Source: Clostridia bacterium
GTDB taxonomy: Bacteria; Bacillota; Clostridia; TANB77; CAG-508
Direction of reading: 5' to 3'
Assembly: GCA_051891435.1 (NCBI GenBank)
Contig: JBJFFE010000069.1
Coordinates: 15,228 to 79,227 of the forward strand
DNA: 64,000 nucleotides
Shown here: piece after piece, positions 47,198 through 57,928 of the stretch
Position numbering within the stretch: position 1 is the first letter of the stretch
How the letters are laid out: each line of letters starts with the position of its first letter
The notes under the pieces: generated by a model
Databases searched by the model: none
Told to the model about the DNA's origin: nothing
The model's input: the letters and a program-made list of their open reading frames with translations, nothing else
Made by a program: the position numbers and the translations under genes

Positions 47198-48154
47198 ATG
47201 ACTATAGATAAAATTAAAGAAGAAATAAATAATGCAGAAAGTATAATAGTTTTAACCCATGAAATGCCAGATGGAGATGCTATTGGAAGCAGTTTGGCAA
47301 TGTATAATGGACTAAAAACACTTGGTAAAGATGTAGAGGTTGTAATGTCAAATAATTCAGCAGTTTTTGATTTTTTACCAGGAGCAAGTGAAATAAAAAT
47401 AGAAGGAACAAAAAACAATTATGATTTGGCAATTGCATTAGATTGCGGTGATATAAAAAGATTAAATGGTTATACAGAATATTTTGAAAATGCAAATACT
47501 ACTATACAAATAGACCATCACGAAATAAATACAATGTTTGGAGAATATAATTTTGTAAATCCAACAGCACCAGCATGTGCACAGATATTAATTACAATTT
47601 TAGAGGAATTAGGCATAGAAATAACAAAGGATATAGGTACATGTTTACTTACAGGAATAATAACAGATACAGGAGGATTTAAATATCAAGGAGTATCTGC
47701 AGAAACTTTTGAATTTGCAGCTGAACTATTAAATAAAGGTGTAAATGTATCTAATATTTATAAGAAAGTCTTACAAACTATTTCAAAATCTAAATTTGAA
47801 CTTAGAAAATTAGCTATGGAAAGATTAGAATTTTTAGAAGATGGGAAAATTGCATTTACATATTTAAATGCCGAAGATGAAGAAAAAATAAATGCCGAAG
47901 CAGATAGCCATGAGGGAATAGTTGAAATGGGAAGAGATGTTGAAGGGGTAGAAGTATCAATATTTTTAAGAGAGAACAAAGAAAAAGATGGATATAAAAT
48001 CTCTTTAAGGTCTAACGAATATGTAAATGTAGCAGATATATGCTTAATGTTTAATGGAGGAGGACATTTAAGAGCAGCAGGAGGAAATATAAAACTACCA
48101 TTAGAAGAAGCAAAACAAAGAATAGTAGAAGAATGTAAGAAAAACTTAAAATAA
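47198..48154 (+). CDS. nrnA: DHH/DHHA1 phosphoesterase (NrnA-like oligoribonuclease/pAp phosphatase)
   Basis: DHH motifs (DGDAIGS, IDHH) and a GGGH DHHA1 motif are present. Confidence 0.7.
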   Translation: MTIDKIKEEINNAESIIVLTHEMPDGDAIGSSLAMYNGLKTLGKDVEVVMSNNSAVFDFLPGASEIKIEGTKNNYDLAIALDCGDIKRLNGYTEYFENANTTIQIDHHEINTMFGEYNFVNPTAPACAQILITILEELGIEITKDIGTCLLTGIITDTGGFKYQGVSAETFEFAAELLNKGVNVSNIYKKVLQTISKSKFELRKLAMERLEFLEDGKIAFTYLNAEDEEKINAEADSHEGIVEMGRDVEGVEVSIFLRENKEKDGYKISLRSNEYVNVADICLMFNGGGHLRAAGGNIKLPLEEAKQRIVEECKKNLK

Positions 48155-48163
48155 GGGAAATAA

Positions 48164-49035
48164 ATGGATGGTATAATTATAATAAATAAACCGAAAAACT
48201 TTACATCACATGATGTAGTAAATGTTTTAAGAAAAACTTTAAATACAAAGAAAATCGGGCATACAGGGACATTGGATCCAAATGCAACAGGAGTATTACC
48301 ATTACTTATAGGACAAGCAACTAAAATTTCTAAGTATTTAATAGAACATGATAAAGAATATATTGCAACAATAAAATTAGGAGAAAAAAGAGATACAGCA
48401 GATTCTGAAGGTAAAGTTATTTACAAAGACTTGAATGTTCAAAATATAATTCGGAAATTTGTCTAAAAAGAATTTAAAAGAAATTTTAAATTCTTTTTTA
48501 GGCAAGCAAAAACAAACTCCCCCACAGTATTCATCAATAAAAATAAATGGGAAGAAAGCATATGAATACGCAAGAAAAGGACAAGAGGTATATATAGAAC
48601 CAAGAGATATAGAGATATATAATATTGAACTAATAAGTTTTGAAAATGATGAGATTATGTTTAAAGTTTCTTGTTCTAAAGGAACATATATAAGAACATT
48701 ATGCGAAGATATATCTGAAAAAATACGGGACAGTAGGATATATGAAAGAACTTACTAGAACTAAAGTAAATGAATTTAAACTAGAAGATTCAGTAACAAT
48801 TGATGAAATAAAAGAAAATAGCCTAATAGTAAATGAAAAAATCATTAGTATAGAAGCAATATTTATGGACAAACAAAAAATAAGTTTAAATGATAGAAAG
48901 AATGAATTATTTTTAAATGGAGTTAGATTGACTTTTGAAAAACCAGATGGTATATATAGAATATATAAAGATAATCAATTTATTGGATTAGGAATAATAA
49001 CGGGCAATCTGCTAAAAAGAGATGTAATAATTTGA
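48164..49035 (+). CDS. truB: tRNA pseudouridine(55) synthase TruB; needs two +1 shifts at in-frame CGG 48452-48454 and 48726-48728
   Basis: Three ORF pieces are collinear with TruB. The catalytic motif GHTGTLDP is present. Junctions NII-G-NLSKKNL and EKI-G-TVGYMKELTRT are restored by skipping the C. Confidence 0.85.
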
Positions 49036-49042
49036 AATGTCG

Positions 49043-49095
49043 TAGGGGCAAGGCTATGTCCTTGCTCAGGGTAGGCATTTAAGGCCTACCCCTAC
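49043..49095. repeat. GTAGGGG...CCCCTACAAA family element (composite)
   Basis: The element reads GTAGGGG-CAAGGctatgtCCTTG-ctcagg-GTAGGCatttaagGCCTAC-CCCTACAAA. Confidence 0.7.
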
Positions 49096-49117
49096 AAATG
49101 AATTAGGGGGGATTTAT

Positions 49118-49582
49118 ATGTCAATGTTTAGTTTATTGATGGGATTATTTGCAATAATTTTTTGGATAATAAGGGTGGCAGTAGCATTTACTGCAAGCAT
49201 GAATATGGAATTCATTATAACACCATTAAATTTACAAGTAGAAATTATTTTAACATTTGTGACTTTAATATGCATAATACTAATTTTTAAAAGAAGTATG
49301 ATAGGAGCGTTATTATACTTAATATCTTATTGGGGATATTTTGGAATGTATATTTATAATATATTAACTAATATTGAAAACATTGTAATAGTAGATTATA
49401 TAAATATTTTTGTATCAGCAATAGGAATACTTTTGCCATTTATTATTTTTATTGACATAGGATTTAGCCAAAGTAATAAAAAAACAAGTAATAAAACTAA
49501 AAAAACAGACTGGTATTATCAAAACGAGAAGTTTGATAGAAAATATGATGAAAGAGCAGATAAAAATCAATATAAATTCTAA
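49118..49582 (+). CDS. Hypothetical membrane protein
   Basis: It has four predicted TM helices and an RBS GGGGGG. Confidence 0.45.
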   Translation: MSMFSLLMGLFAIIFWIIRVAVAFTASMNMEFIITPLNLQVEIILTFVTLICIILIFKRSMIGALLYLISYWGYFGMYIYNILTNIENIVIVDYINIFVSAIGILLPFIIFIDIGFSQSNKKTSNKTKKTDWYYQNEKFDRKYDERADKNQYKF

Positions 49583-49630
49583 GCTGAAGTTGAATTAAAT
49601 AAAATCTTAAAGAGATAGGAAATGAATTAA

Positions 49631-50529
49631 ATGGAAAATAAAACAAATATTAACTGGTATCCAGGTCATATGTTAAAAACAAAAAAACAAATTATAGAAG
49701 ATTTAAAATTAATAGATGTTGTAATAGAAATATTGGATGCTAGAATTCCCAAATCTAGCCAAAATCCAGACATACAAAAAATAATAAATAACAAAAAGAA
49801 AATAGTATTATTAAATAAATCTGATTTAGCAGATGAAAAACAAACTCGGTAAATGGATACAATATTTTAAAACAAATAACATAATTGCAATTCCTACAGA
49901 TTCTAATACTGGAAAAGGAACAAAAGATATTTTAAAAAAAGTACAAGAACTTATGCAAGAGGACATAGAAAAAGCAGCTTTAAGGGGAAGAACAAAAAAG
50001 AATATTAGAATAATGATACTTCGGAATACCAAATGTAGGAAAATCTTCCTTAATCAATAGATTAGTTAATAAAAAAACAGCAGAAGTAGGGAATAGACCG
50101 GGAGTTACAAAACAAAAACAATGGGTAAGAATAGGACAAAACATAGAATTATTAGATACACCAGGTGTTCTATGGCCTAAATTTGAAGATGAACAAGTTG
50201 CATTAAATTTAGCATATGTAGGTTCAATAAAAGACGAAATAATACCAAAAACAGAAGTTGCATATCAATTATTAAAATTTTTATATAATAATTATAAACA
50301 AGAGATATTATTAAAATATAAATTGACAGAACAAGAAATGAGTAGTATAATAACTAATGTTGAAGAAGACAAAATATTAAATTTAATGAATATAATTGCA
50401 AAAAAAAGAGGAGCTATTATGTCTGGTGGAGAAATAGACTACGAAAAAATATCAGGGATAATACTTAATGATTTTAGAGCAAGCAAAATAGGAAGAATTA
50501 CATTGGAGCAAATAAATGGAAAAAAGTAA
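49631..50529 (+). CDS. rbgA: Ribosome biogenesis GTPase A (YlqF/RbgA); needs two +1 shifts at in-frame CGG 49847-49849 and 50022-50024
   Basis: It is a circularly permuted GTPase. The junctions [11 protein letters not shown] and [18 protein letters not shown] restore the G1 motif when the C is skipped. Confidence 0.8.
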
Positions 50530-50893
50530 AATAGAAATGATGTCTCCATTAACATGGGCATATGTAGGAGATAGCATTTATGAAGTATATATAAGAACAT
50601 ATTTAATCGAAACAACAAATTTAAAACCACATAAACTACATATAAAAGCAATAAATTATGTTAAAGCGCAAGCACAGGCAGATACTTTAAAAAAAATATA
50701 TGATGATTTAACGGACAAAGAAAAAGAAATAGTAAGAAGAACAAGAAACACGCAAAATCATCATGTAGCAAAGAATGCAGATCCAATTGAATATATGTAT
50801 GCAACAGCCTTTGAAGGACTAATTGGATATTTATATTTAACAGAACAAAAAGAAAGATTAGAAGAAATACTACACATGACATTAGAACAATAA
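50516..50893 (+). CDS. mrnC: Mini-ribonuclease 3
   Basis: The 125-aa protein has the RNase III signature region AYVGDSIYEVYIR. Confidence 0.75.
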   Translation: MEKSKIEMMSPLTWAYVGDSIYEVYIRTYLIETTNLKPHKLHIKAINYVKAQAQADTLKKIYDDLTDKEKEIVRRTRNTQNHHVAKNADPIEYMYATAFEGLIGYLYLTEQKERLEEILHMTLEQ

Positions 50894-50896
50894 ATT

Positions 50897-50922
50897 GTAG
50901 GGAACGACGTCCTCGTCGTTCT
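50897..50922. repeat. GTAGGGAACG-type hairpin after mrnC (paralog of 7080)
   Basis: The hairpin reads GTAGGGAACGACGTCCTCGTCGTTCTTTGG. Confidence 0.6.
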
Positions 50923-51000
50923 TTGGATAAATATAAAAAATGGCCCGTACCATACGTAGGGTCACAGAAAGTAGAAAAAACGAAGAAAAAATAGATAAAT

Positions 51001-51078
51001 GGCCCGTTGGTCAAGCGGCCCAAGACGCTTAACCTCTCAAAGTGGAAGTCGTGCTTCGATACCATACGTAGGGTCACA
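51001..51078 (+). pseudogene. Degenerate tRNA-Glu-like copy (broken anticodon/T stems), plus an internally deleted copy at 50942-50966, in tandem with shared 33-nt spacers
   Basis: The 5' 18 nt are identical to tRNA-Glu and the CTCTCAA loop is conserved, but the stems do not pair. The 3' end reads ACGTAGGGTCACA instead of ACGGGTCACCA. Confidence 0.4.
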
Positions 51079-51112
51079 GAAAATAGAAAAAACGAAGAAA
51101 AAATAGATAAAT

Positions 51113-51187
51113 GGCCCGTTGGTCAAGCGGTTAAGACACCACCCTCTCAAGGTGGAATCATGGGTTCGATTCCCGTACGGGTCACCA
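51113..51187 (+). tRNA. tRNA-Glu (anticodon CTC), 75 nt including CCA
   Basis: It is near-identical to the Firmicutes tRNA-Glu scaffold GGCCCGTTGGTCAAGCGGTTAAGAC...GGGTTCGATTCCCGTACGGGTCACCA, with anticodon loop CTCTCAA and stem CCACC/GGTGG. Confidence 0.85.
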
Positions 51188-51322
51188 AAACAAAGCTTAG
51201 AAGTATTTATACTTTTAAGCTTATTTTTACTTAAAACATATGAATATTAATATAAAAATTCTTGATATATCGCCCAAAATGTAATATAATCCCATAAGAA
51301 AAAGTATTTAAAGGAGAAAAAC

Positions 51323-54300
51323 ATGTCAAATTTTGTACACCTACACGTTCATAGTGAATTTAGTTTACTAGATGGAGCAAATAAAATAAAAGAACTGCCT
51401 GCTAGAGCAAAAGAACTTGGAATGGATGCAATAGCTATTACAGACCATGGGGTTATGTTTGGTGTAGTTGATTTTTATAAAGAATGTAAAAAAGTAGGAA
51501 TAAAGCCTATTATAGGATGTGAAGTTTATGTAGCACCAAGAAGTAGATTTGATAAAGAACCTGGAATAGACAATAAATACTCACATCTAATTTTGCTTGC
51601 AAAAAATGAGGTAGGATACAAAAATTTATCTCACTTAGTATCAATGGGATTTACAGAAGGTTTTTATTATAAACCTAGAATAGATTTAGAGATATTAGAA
51701 CAATATCATGAAGGACTAATATGTTTAAGTGCATGCTTAGCCGGAAGTGTAAATAAAGCAATTTTAAAAGATGATATGGAGGAAGCAAAAAAGGTTGCAC
51801 TATGGCATAAGAACTTATTTGGGGAAGATTATTACTTAGAAGTACAGCCCAATGGACTTCCAGAACAAGTAAAAGCAAACCAAAAGCTAATTGAGTTAAG
51901 CCGAGAATTAGAAATTCCTCTTGTTGCAACAAATGATGCACATTATTTAAAAAAAGAAGATGCATATAATCACGAAGTTTTACTTTGCATACAAACTGGC
52001 AAAAAAATGAGTGATACAGATAGAATGAGAATGGGAGTAGACGAATTCTATGTAAAATCACCAGAAGAAATGTTAGATTACTTTAAAAATATTCCAGAAG
52101 CAATTGAAAACACTGTAAAAATAGCCGAAAAATGTAACTTCGATTTTGAATTTGGAAATACAAAACTTCCAAATTATGATGTCCCACCAGAATTTAAAAC
52201 ACATACAGAATATTTTGAAAAACTTTGTTATGATGGAATAAAGAAAAGGTATGGAGATAATCCTTCTAAAGAAGTAATGGATAGAGTAGAATATGAATTA
52301 TCTGTTATAGAAAAAATGGGCTATGTTGACTATTACCTTATTGTATGGGATTTTATAAATTACGCAAAATCTCAAAACATATCTGTTGGACCGGGGCGTG
52401 GATCTGGCGCTGGTTCAATAGTAGCTTATGCAGTAGGAATAACAGATATAGATCCAATAAAATATAATTTACTTTTTGAAAGATTCTTAAATCCAGAAAG
52501 AATAAGTATGCCAGACTTCGACGTAGACTTTTGCTATGAAAGACGACCAGAGGTTATAGATTATGTCTGTAGAAAATATGGAAGAGACCATGTTTCTCAA
52601 ATTATAACGTTTGGAACAATGGCTGCAAGAATGGTAATAAGAGATGTTGGACGTGCCTTAGATGTGCCATATGCAGAGGTAGATAAGCTTGCAAAAATGA
52701 TACCAAATGAATTACATATAACAATTAAAAAGGCATTAGAACAAAACAGAGAATTAGCAAATTTATACGAAAATGATGAGCAAACTAAGAAGATATTAGA
52801 TATTGCAATGGGACTAGAGGGAATGCCAAGACAGGCTTCAACACATGCATGCCGGAGTTGTTATTACAAAAGATCCAGTTATAGAGTATGTACCTTTGTA
52901 TGTAAATGAAGGAAATATAACAACAGAATTCATAATGACAACCCTAGAAGAATTAGGTTTGTTAAAAATGGACTTTTTAGGTCTTAGAACTTTAACCGTT
53001 ATAGCAGATGCAATTAAATATGTAAAAAAAACTAGAGGTATAGATGTAGAATTTGACAAAGATATGAATGACCCAAAAGTATTTAGAGAAACTTGGCAAG
53101 CAGGAAATACATCTGGAGTATTTCAATTTGAAAGTCAAGGCATGAAAAACTTTATGAAGGAATTAAAACCAGATAGCCTAGAAGATATAATTGCCGGAGT
53201 TTCACTTTATAGACCTGGACCAATGGACCAAATCCCAAGATATATTCAAAACAAGCTTAATCCAGAACATGTAATTTATACACACCCAGCACTAGAGCCA
53301 ATTTTAAATGTAACATATGGTTGTATGGTATACCAAGAACAAGTTATGCAAATAGTAAGAGATTTAGCTGGATATTCTCTAGGAAGAGCTGATTTAGTAC
53401 GTAGAGCTATGGGTAAGAAAAAACTAGATGTAATGGCAAAAGAAAGAGAATATTTTATACATGGACAAACAGATGAAAATGGTAACATAATTATTCCTGG
53501 GTGTATTAGAAATGGAATAGATGAAGCAAGTGCAAATAAAATATTCGACGAAATGGCAGAGTTTGCAAAATATGCTTTTAACAAATCTCATGCAGCAGCA
53601 TATGCAGTTGTATCTTATAGAACAGCATATTTAAAAACATATTATCCTACAGAATTTATGGCAGCAACACTAAATAGCTTTTTAGGAAACTTAGATAAAG
53701 TTCCAGAATACATAGATGAATGTAGAAGAATAGGAATAAAAATATTAAATCCAAGTATAAATAAAAGCTACACAAAATTTGCAGTATATGGTAATGATAT
53801 AAGATTTGGCTTAGGTAGTGTTAAAAATGTTGGAGTAGGTGCAGTTGATAGTATAGTTGAGGAAAGAAAGAAGAATGGAGAATATAAAAGCTTTACAGAT
53901 TTTTGTGAAAGAATATCTGGGGAAGCGGTAAACAAAAAATGCATAGAAAGTCTAATAAAAGCAGGTGCTTTTGATGAACTAGGACAAACAAGAGCAACAC
54001 TTATGGCTTCATTTGAAAGAGTTTTAGATACAATAAACAATGCTAATAAAAAGAATATGCAAGGACAAGTAACATTATTTGATATTGCAACCGAAGATAA
54101 ATCTGTAGAAGAAAACAAATACACATTTACAACACTTCCTGAATATAGCGAAAAAGAGATTCTATCAATGGAAAAGGAAATGCTAGGAATATACATATCT
54201 GGACATCCACTTGAGAAATATAAAGATTTAATAAAAAAAGTTGCAACAATAGATACGTTAAAAATGATAGAATTACAAGAAATTGAAGATCCAAATTTTG

Positions 54301-54833
54301 ATATAACAACTATGGATGGAAAACCTGTAAAGTTTGCAGGAATTGTAACTTCTGTAAAAAAGAAATATACAAAAAATAATACAATTATGGCATTTGTAAC
54401 AGTAGAAGACTTGTATGGTCCCTGTGAAATAATAGTATTTGATAGTTGTTATGGAAGGTCAAGCGGAATATTGTTAGAAGAAAACATAGTAATTATAGAA
54501 GGAAGACTTAGCATAAGAGAAGATGAAGATATAAAAATTGTAGCAAATAATATACGAGAACTAACTGAAAATGAAATTATTCGAAATGAAAGTAAAGTAG
54601 AAAATATGGCTAATAGACCTAAAGTTCTTACTTTAGATATAACAAATCTTGAAGAAGCGCAAAAGGCAAAATTACGTGGAGCGATAAGATTTTTTAGCGG
54701 AGACAAAAACAATATAGCAGTACAAGTATTAGATAATGGAGAATATAAACCATGTGGAGCAATATACTTAGATAAAGAAATATTAATACAGTTTGAGGAT
54801 ATTTTAGGAAAAGAAAGAGTAAAAGTAGAATAA
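51323..54833 (+). CDS. dnaE: DNA polymerase III alpha subunit DnaE; needs a +1 shift at in-frame CGG 52853-52855
   Basis: The PHP domain MSNFVHLHVHSEFSLLDG is present. ORFs 51323..52909 and 52845..54833 join as RQASTHAC-G-VVITKDPV when the C is skipped. Confidence 0.9.
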
Positions 54834-54860
54834 TGGACTATTTTGGAAAGATTAGGTTAA

Positions 54861-55046
54861 ATGAAAAAGAACCAAGAAATTAAATATGAAAAAACAAGAG
54901 AAAGTGAGCTAAATGAACTTTATGACAAAACAGAAGACTTGCAAAATAGAGTTTATGAATTAAAAGAAATAATTTATGAAAAAGACTCTATAATTGAAGA
55001 CTTAAATAGACAACTAGAAGAAATAAGGCATATACAAACGGACTAA
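54861..55046 (+). CDS. Small coiled-coil hypothetical protein (61 aa)
   Basis: The frame is open and an RBS-like AGGTTAAATG precedes it. Support is weak. Confidence 0.3.
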   Translation: MKKNQEIKYEKTRESELNELYDKTEDLQNRVYELKEIIYEKDSIIEDLNRQLEEIRHIQTD

Positions 55047-55156
55047 AATTGCAAATAAAAAATATATTATTGCGTAATTTGAAAAATAACTCCCTTCATT
55101 TTTTGATATATAATATGAAGGGAGTTTTATTAACATCTGAAAATATAAATATAGTT

Positions 55157-56884
55157 TTATTCTACCACTGGTGCAATAAAATTTTCAATAGCATCACGAA
55201 GTTTAGGATGATGTATAACAAAATGAATTGCAGGATGAGTATTTTTTGAAATCATTACCCATTTACCAGAATGAATAGTAATGTTAATATTTCTAAATGT
55301 ATTTATCTTATTCTCTAAAATTTTATAATTATTATGATTACTCATATATTTTTTTGTATCAGTTAAATGTTCTAAATATTCTTCGTAATTATAACAAATG
55401 TCATTAGTATAGAAAGTATCTGAAAGAGAAAGAAAAGGAGGATAATTTTCAAAATCTTCTTTTGATAGTTTTGGTATTTCATCTTCTAAAATATTGTCCT
55501 TTAGAATCTTTTGGATTGTTTGTCTCTGTTTTTTTACAGAATCTATTATTACTTTTGTATTTTCATTATTAACTTTATTGCGTTTTAAAATTTTCAAAAG
55601 TAACTCATCAGAAATTGTATGAATAGGAAGTGAAGATAAAATTCTTCTACGATTTCCTTTAATACTTGCATCAGATGAAATAAAAGCATCAAAATCATTT
55701 CTATTTTCTACTCTATAAATATCCATAAGTGGTTTTGCTTTATTTAATAAACACTCGGCTTTAGTTCTATAATATGCAACATCGGTTTTGTTACTTGTCA
55801 AATGATATTTTCCTTTATTATGATAGCCTTTAATACATTCACCAGTAAGTGCAACAGTACCTGATACATAATTAAAATGACAATAAACAGAGTTTTGAAG
55901 TCCCGTTAAATAGTATGGAGAAACTTGACCTGTCATATAAATTGGAATCCAACTTTCAAGTCCTAACATCATTTCATTAAAAGGTCTATCAAGATTATGA
56001 ATTATATTTAAATGAAGTCCTTTTTTTAATGTCATTGCAATAGCAAACATCCACTTTTTTCCGAAATCTACATCTTCTGCCATATCCTCCATAGGCATAT
56101 CACTACACATAAAAACAGGCTCATTAGATTTTGATAGCACAGTAGCTTTGAAGAAGTCCAATTCTCCTTGTTTCATTTCTCCTATTCCATAATAAGTTTT
56201 TGAACCAGACTTATAAAAAGGAACAAAAGGAACTTTCATTTCATCAAAATGAATTGCTTTAATATATGTATCTAGACTAAAGTTATCTAAATTTTTTAAA
56301 AATGTATCAATTTTATTGTTACTAGGAACTGAATTAGTAGAAAGCCAGTTTGATAATTTGTTAAAATAATTAGATCTATCATCTAAGTCTTTTAAAGAGC
56401 AACCTATAAGAAGTGAAATAGATTTTTTATCATCTTCAGACTTATATTTTGTAACAATAAAATTACATACAGCTTCAATAAAATCTTGAGGTTTTGATGG
56501 ATTTCTGCTTCCCGAACGAATTTTAGAAAGTAGAGAAGCATCATAACCAATAGCTCGAGATAAATCAGCTATATTTATATTTAAGTTCAAAAGAATGTTT
56601 CTAAAATTTCTACTTAATTGTTCATAATCAATAGCAATATCATTTAAAGTGCTAGATAAAGCATTATAAATTTCATTTCGAGTTAGATTTATATTTTTAT
56701 TTTGACTAATATTATACAAACCATCTACTAATTGTTCTAATTGTTTACTTCTTATATTTGGAGTTCTTTCACCATTGCGATAACGACTAATAACAGTAGA
56801 AGACAAACCAGATGCTACAACAAGTTCTTTAGAAGAACATTCCAATTGTTGTATATATTTATTTAATTGTTCACAAAAATTCAT
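55157..56884 (-). CDS. XRE-family transcriptional regulator with two N-terminal HTH domains and a large uncharacterised C-terminal domain (575 aa)
   Basis: The HTH_3-like segments are ..SSKELVVASGLSSTVISRYRNGERTP.. and ..IADLSRAIGYDASLLSKIRSGSRNP... It is divergent from the srtB surface-protein locus. Confidence 0.65.
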   Translation of the reverse strand: MNFCEQLNKYIQQLECSSKELVVASGLSSTVISRYRNGERTPNIRSKQLEQLVDGLYNISQNKNINLTRNEIYNALSSTLNDIAIDYEQLSRNFRNILLNLNINIADLSRAIGYDASLLSKIRSGSRNPSKPQDFIEAVCNFIVTKYKSEDDKKSISLLIGCSLKDLDDRSNYFNKLSNWLSTNSVPSNNKIDTFLKNLDNFSLDTYIKAIHFDEMKVPFVPFYKSGSKTYYGIGEMKQGELDFFKATVLSKSNEPVFMCSDMPMEDMAEDVDFGKKWMFAIAMTLKKGLHLNIIHNLDRPFNEMMLGLESWIPIYMTGQVSPYYLTGLQNSVYCHFNYVSGTVALTGECIKGYHNKGKYHLTSNKTDVAYYRTKAECLLNKAKPLMDIYRVENRNDFDAFISSDASIKGNRRRILSSLPIHTISDELLLKILKRNKVNNENTKVIIDSVKKQRQTIQKILKDNILEDEIPKLSKEDFENYPPFLSLSDTFYTNDICYNYEEYLEHLTDTKKYMSNHNNYKILENKINTFRNINITIHSGKWVMISKNTHPAIHFVIHHPKLRDAIENFIAPVVE

Positions 56885-57039
56885 TAAATACCTCCGAAAT
56901 CAATAATTATTAACTATTATAACATATCATAAAATTAGGAAAAAAACAATTACCAAAGTTTCACGGAAAATTCGGTAAAAAACATAGAATCTAATACATA
57001 ATATGATAAAATATTAATATAAAAAAGGAGGATAAAACA

Positions 57040-57867
57040 ATGAAAAATAGAGGACTTTTATCATTAATCTTAACAATTTGTATGGTGTTGTTACTTACAC
57101 CGACGGTTGCCTATGCTGAAGAGGTAAAAATCAACGACGGCGAACTTATCAATGTCCGCGTCTTAGACAACTCTGTTGACGCTTCCTCGATAAGTGTAGA
57201 TCTCTTCGTGATATTCCGTAACAAAGAGACCGGAGAAGAGCAACCTCTTGAGGGTATCGACACGATTACTCCGGAGAATGTAACCATCGCCACCTTTGAA
57301 ACTATCAAAACGAACGCGATTGAAGATGCAAAAACGAAGCTGAACGAATGGCTTGAAATAATGCGCCAGGCAAATCCTGATGTGCAGTTCACGGTTGTCG
57401 GTGATATGGATGTGAAGGGTAATGATGTAGATTTTGACAACAGGACCTATACCATGAAAAGTGACGGCAATGATGATATAATCATAGGTGACGAAGCTTC
57501 CGGCAGTACAACGAATGGAAGCCAAACCACCTCGCGATATATGGAGGTCAACGGCGATTACGGTAAAAAAGGTAACTATTCCGTCACCATGACAGTTGAG
57601 GTTCAGGCTGTCGGCAAGCACACCTTGACCATTGTCTATAATGATGGTGAGTGCAACACGGAGTTTGAAATCAAGGCGGCAAGCACGACCCAAGGCAACA
57701 AACCGGATGGTACGGTGACGAGCGAGAGCAAACCAACCATAGGCGAAATAACAAACCCGCAAACAGGAGATAATATAATAATGTTTATCATCATATTTGC
57801 ACTAGCCTTGACAGGAATTTTAGCAACATGTATAATAAGCAAGAAGAGAGTTAAAAATAACAAATAA
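57040..57867 (+). CDS. Cell-wall-anchored surface protein with NPQTG sorting signal (sortase B-type substrate); GC-rich foreign composition
   Basis: It has the signal peptide MKNRGLLSLILTICMVLLLTPTVAYA and a C-terminal NPQTG + TM + KKRVKNNK. The gene is about 45-48% GC against about 28% for the genome. Confidence 0.7.
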   Translation: MKNRGLLSLILTICMVLLLTPTVAYAEEVKINDGELINVRVLDNSVDASSISVDLFVIFRNKETGEEQPLEGIDTITPENVTIATFETIKTNAIEDAKTKLNEWLEIMRQANPDVQFTVVGDMDVKGNDVDFDNRTYTMKSDGNDDIIIGDEASGSTTNGSQTTSRYMEVNGDYGKKGNYSVTMTVEVQAVGKHTLTIVYNDGECNTEFEIKAASTTQGNKPDGTVTSESKPTIGEITNPQTGDNIIMFIIIFALALTGILATCIISKKRVKNNK

Positions 57868-57928
57868 TAATGATTAAAAAGGAAACTAGCTAAAAAATGT
57901 TAGTCTTCTTTTAAAAAGGAGAACATAA

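Noticed and set aside
51001-51078. Degenerate tRNA-like copy as the frameshift-suppressor (quadruplet-reading) tRNA for CGGN
   Set aside because: Its anticodon loop is CTCTCAA with no CCG, and its stems do not pair, so it is more likely a decaying tRNA-Glu copy. A suppressor tRNA, if any, is not in this window.
51007-51234. ORF 51007..51234 (75 aa)
   Set aside because: It lies entirely across the tRNA-Glu gene and its degenerate copies, so it is spurious.
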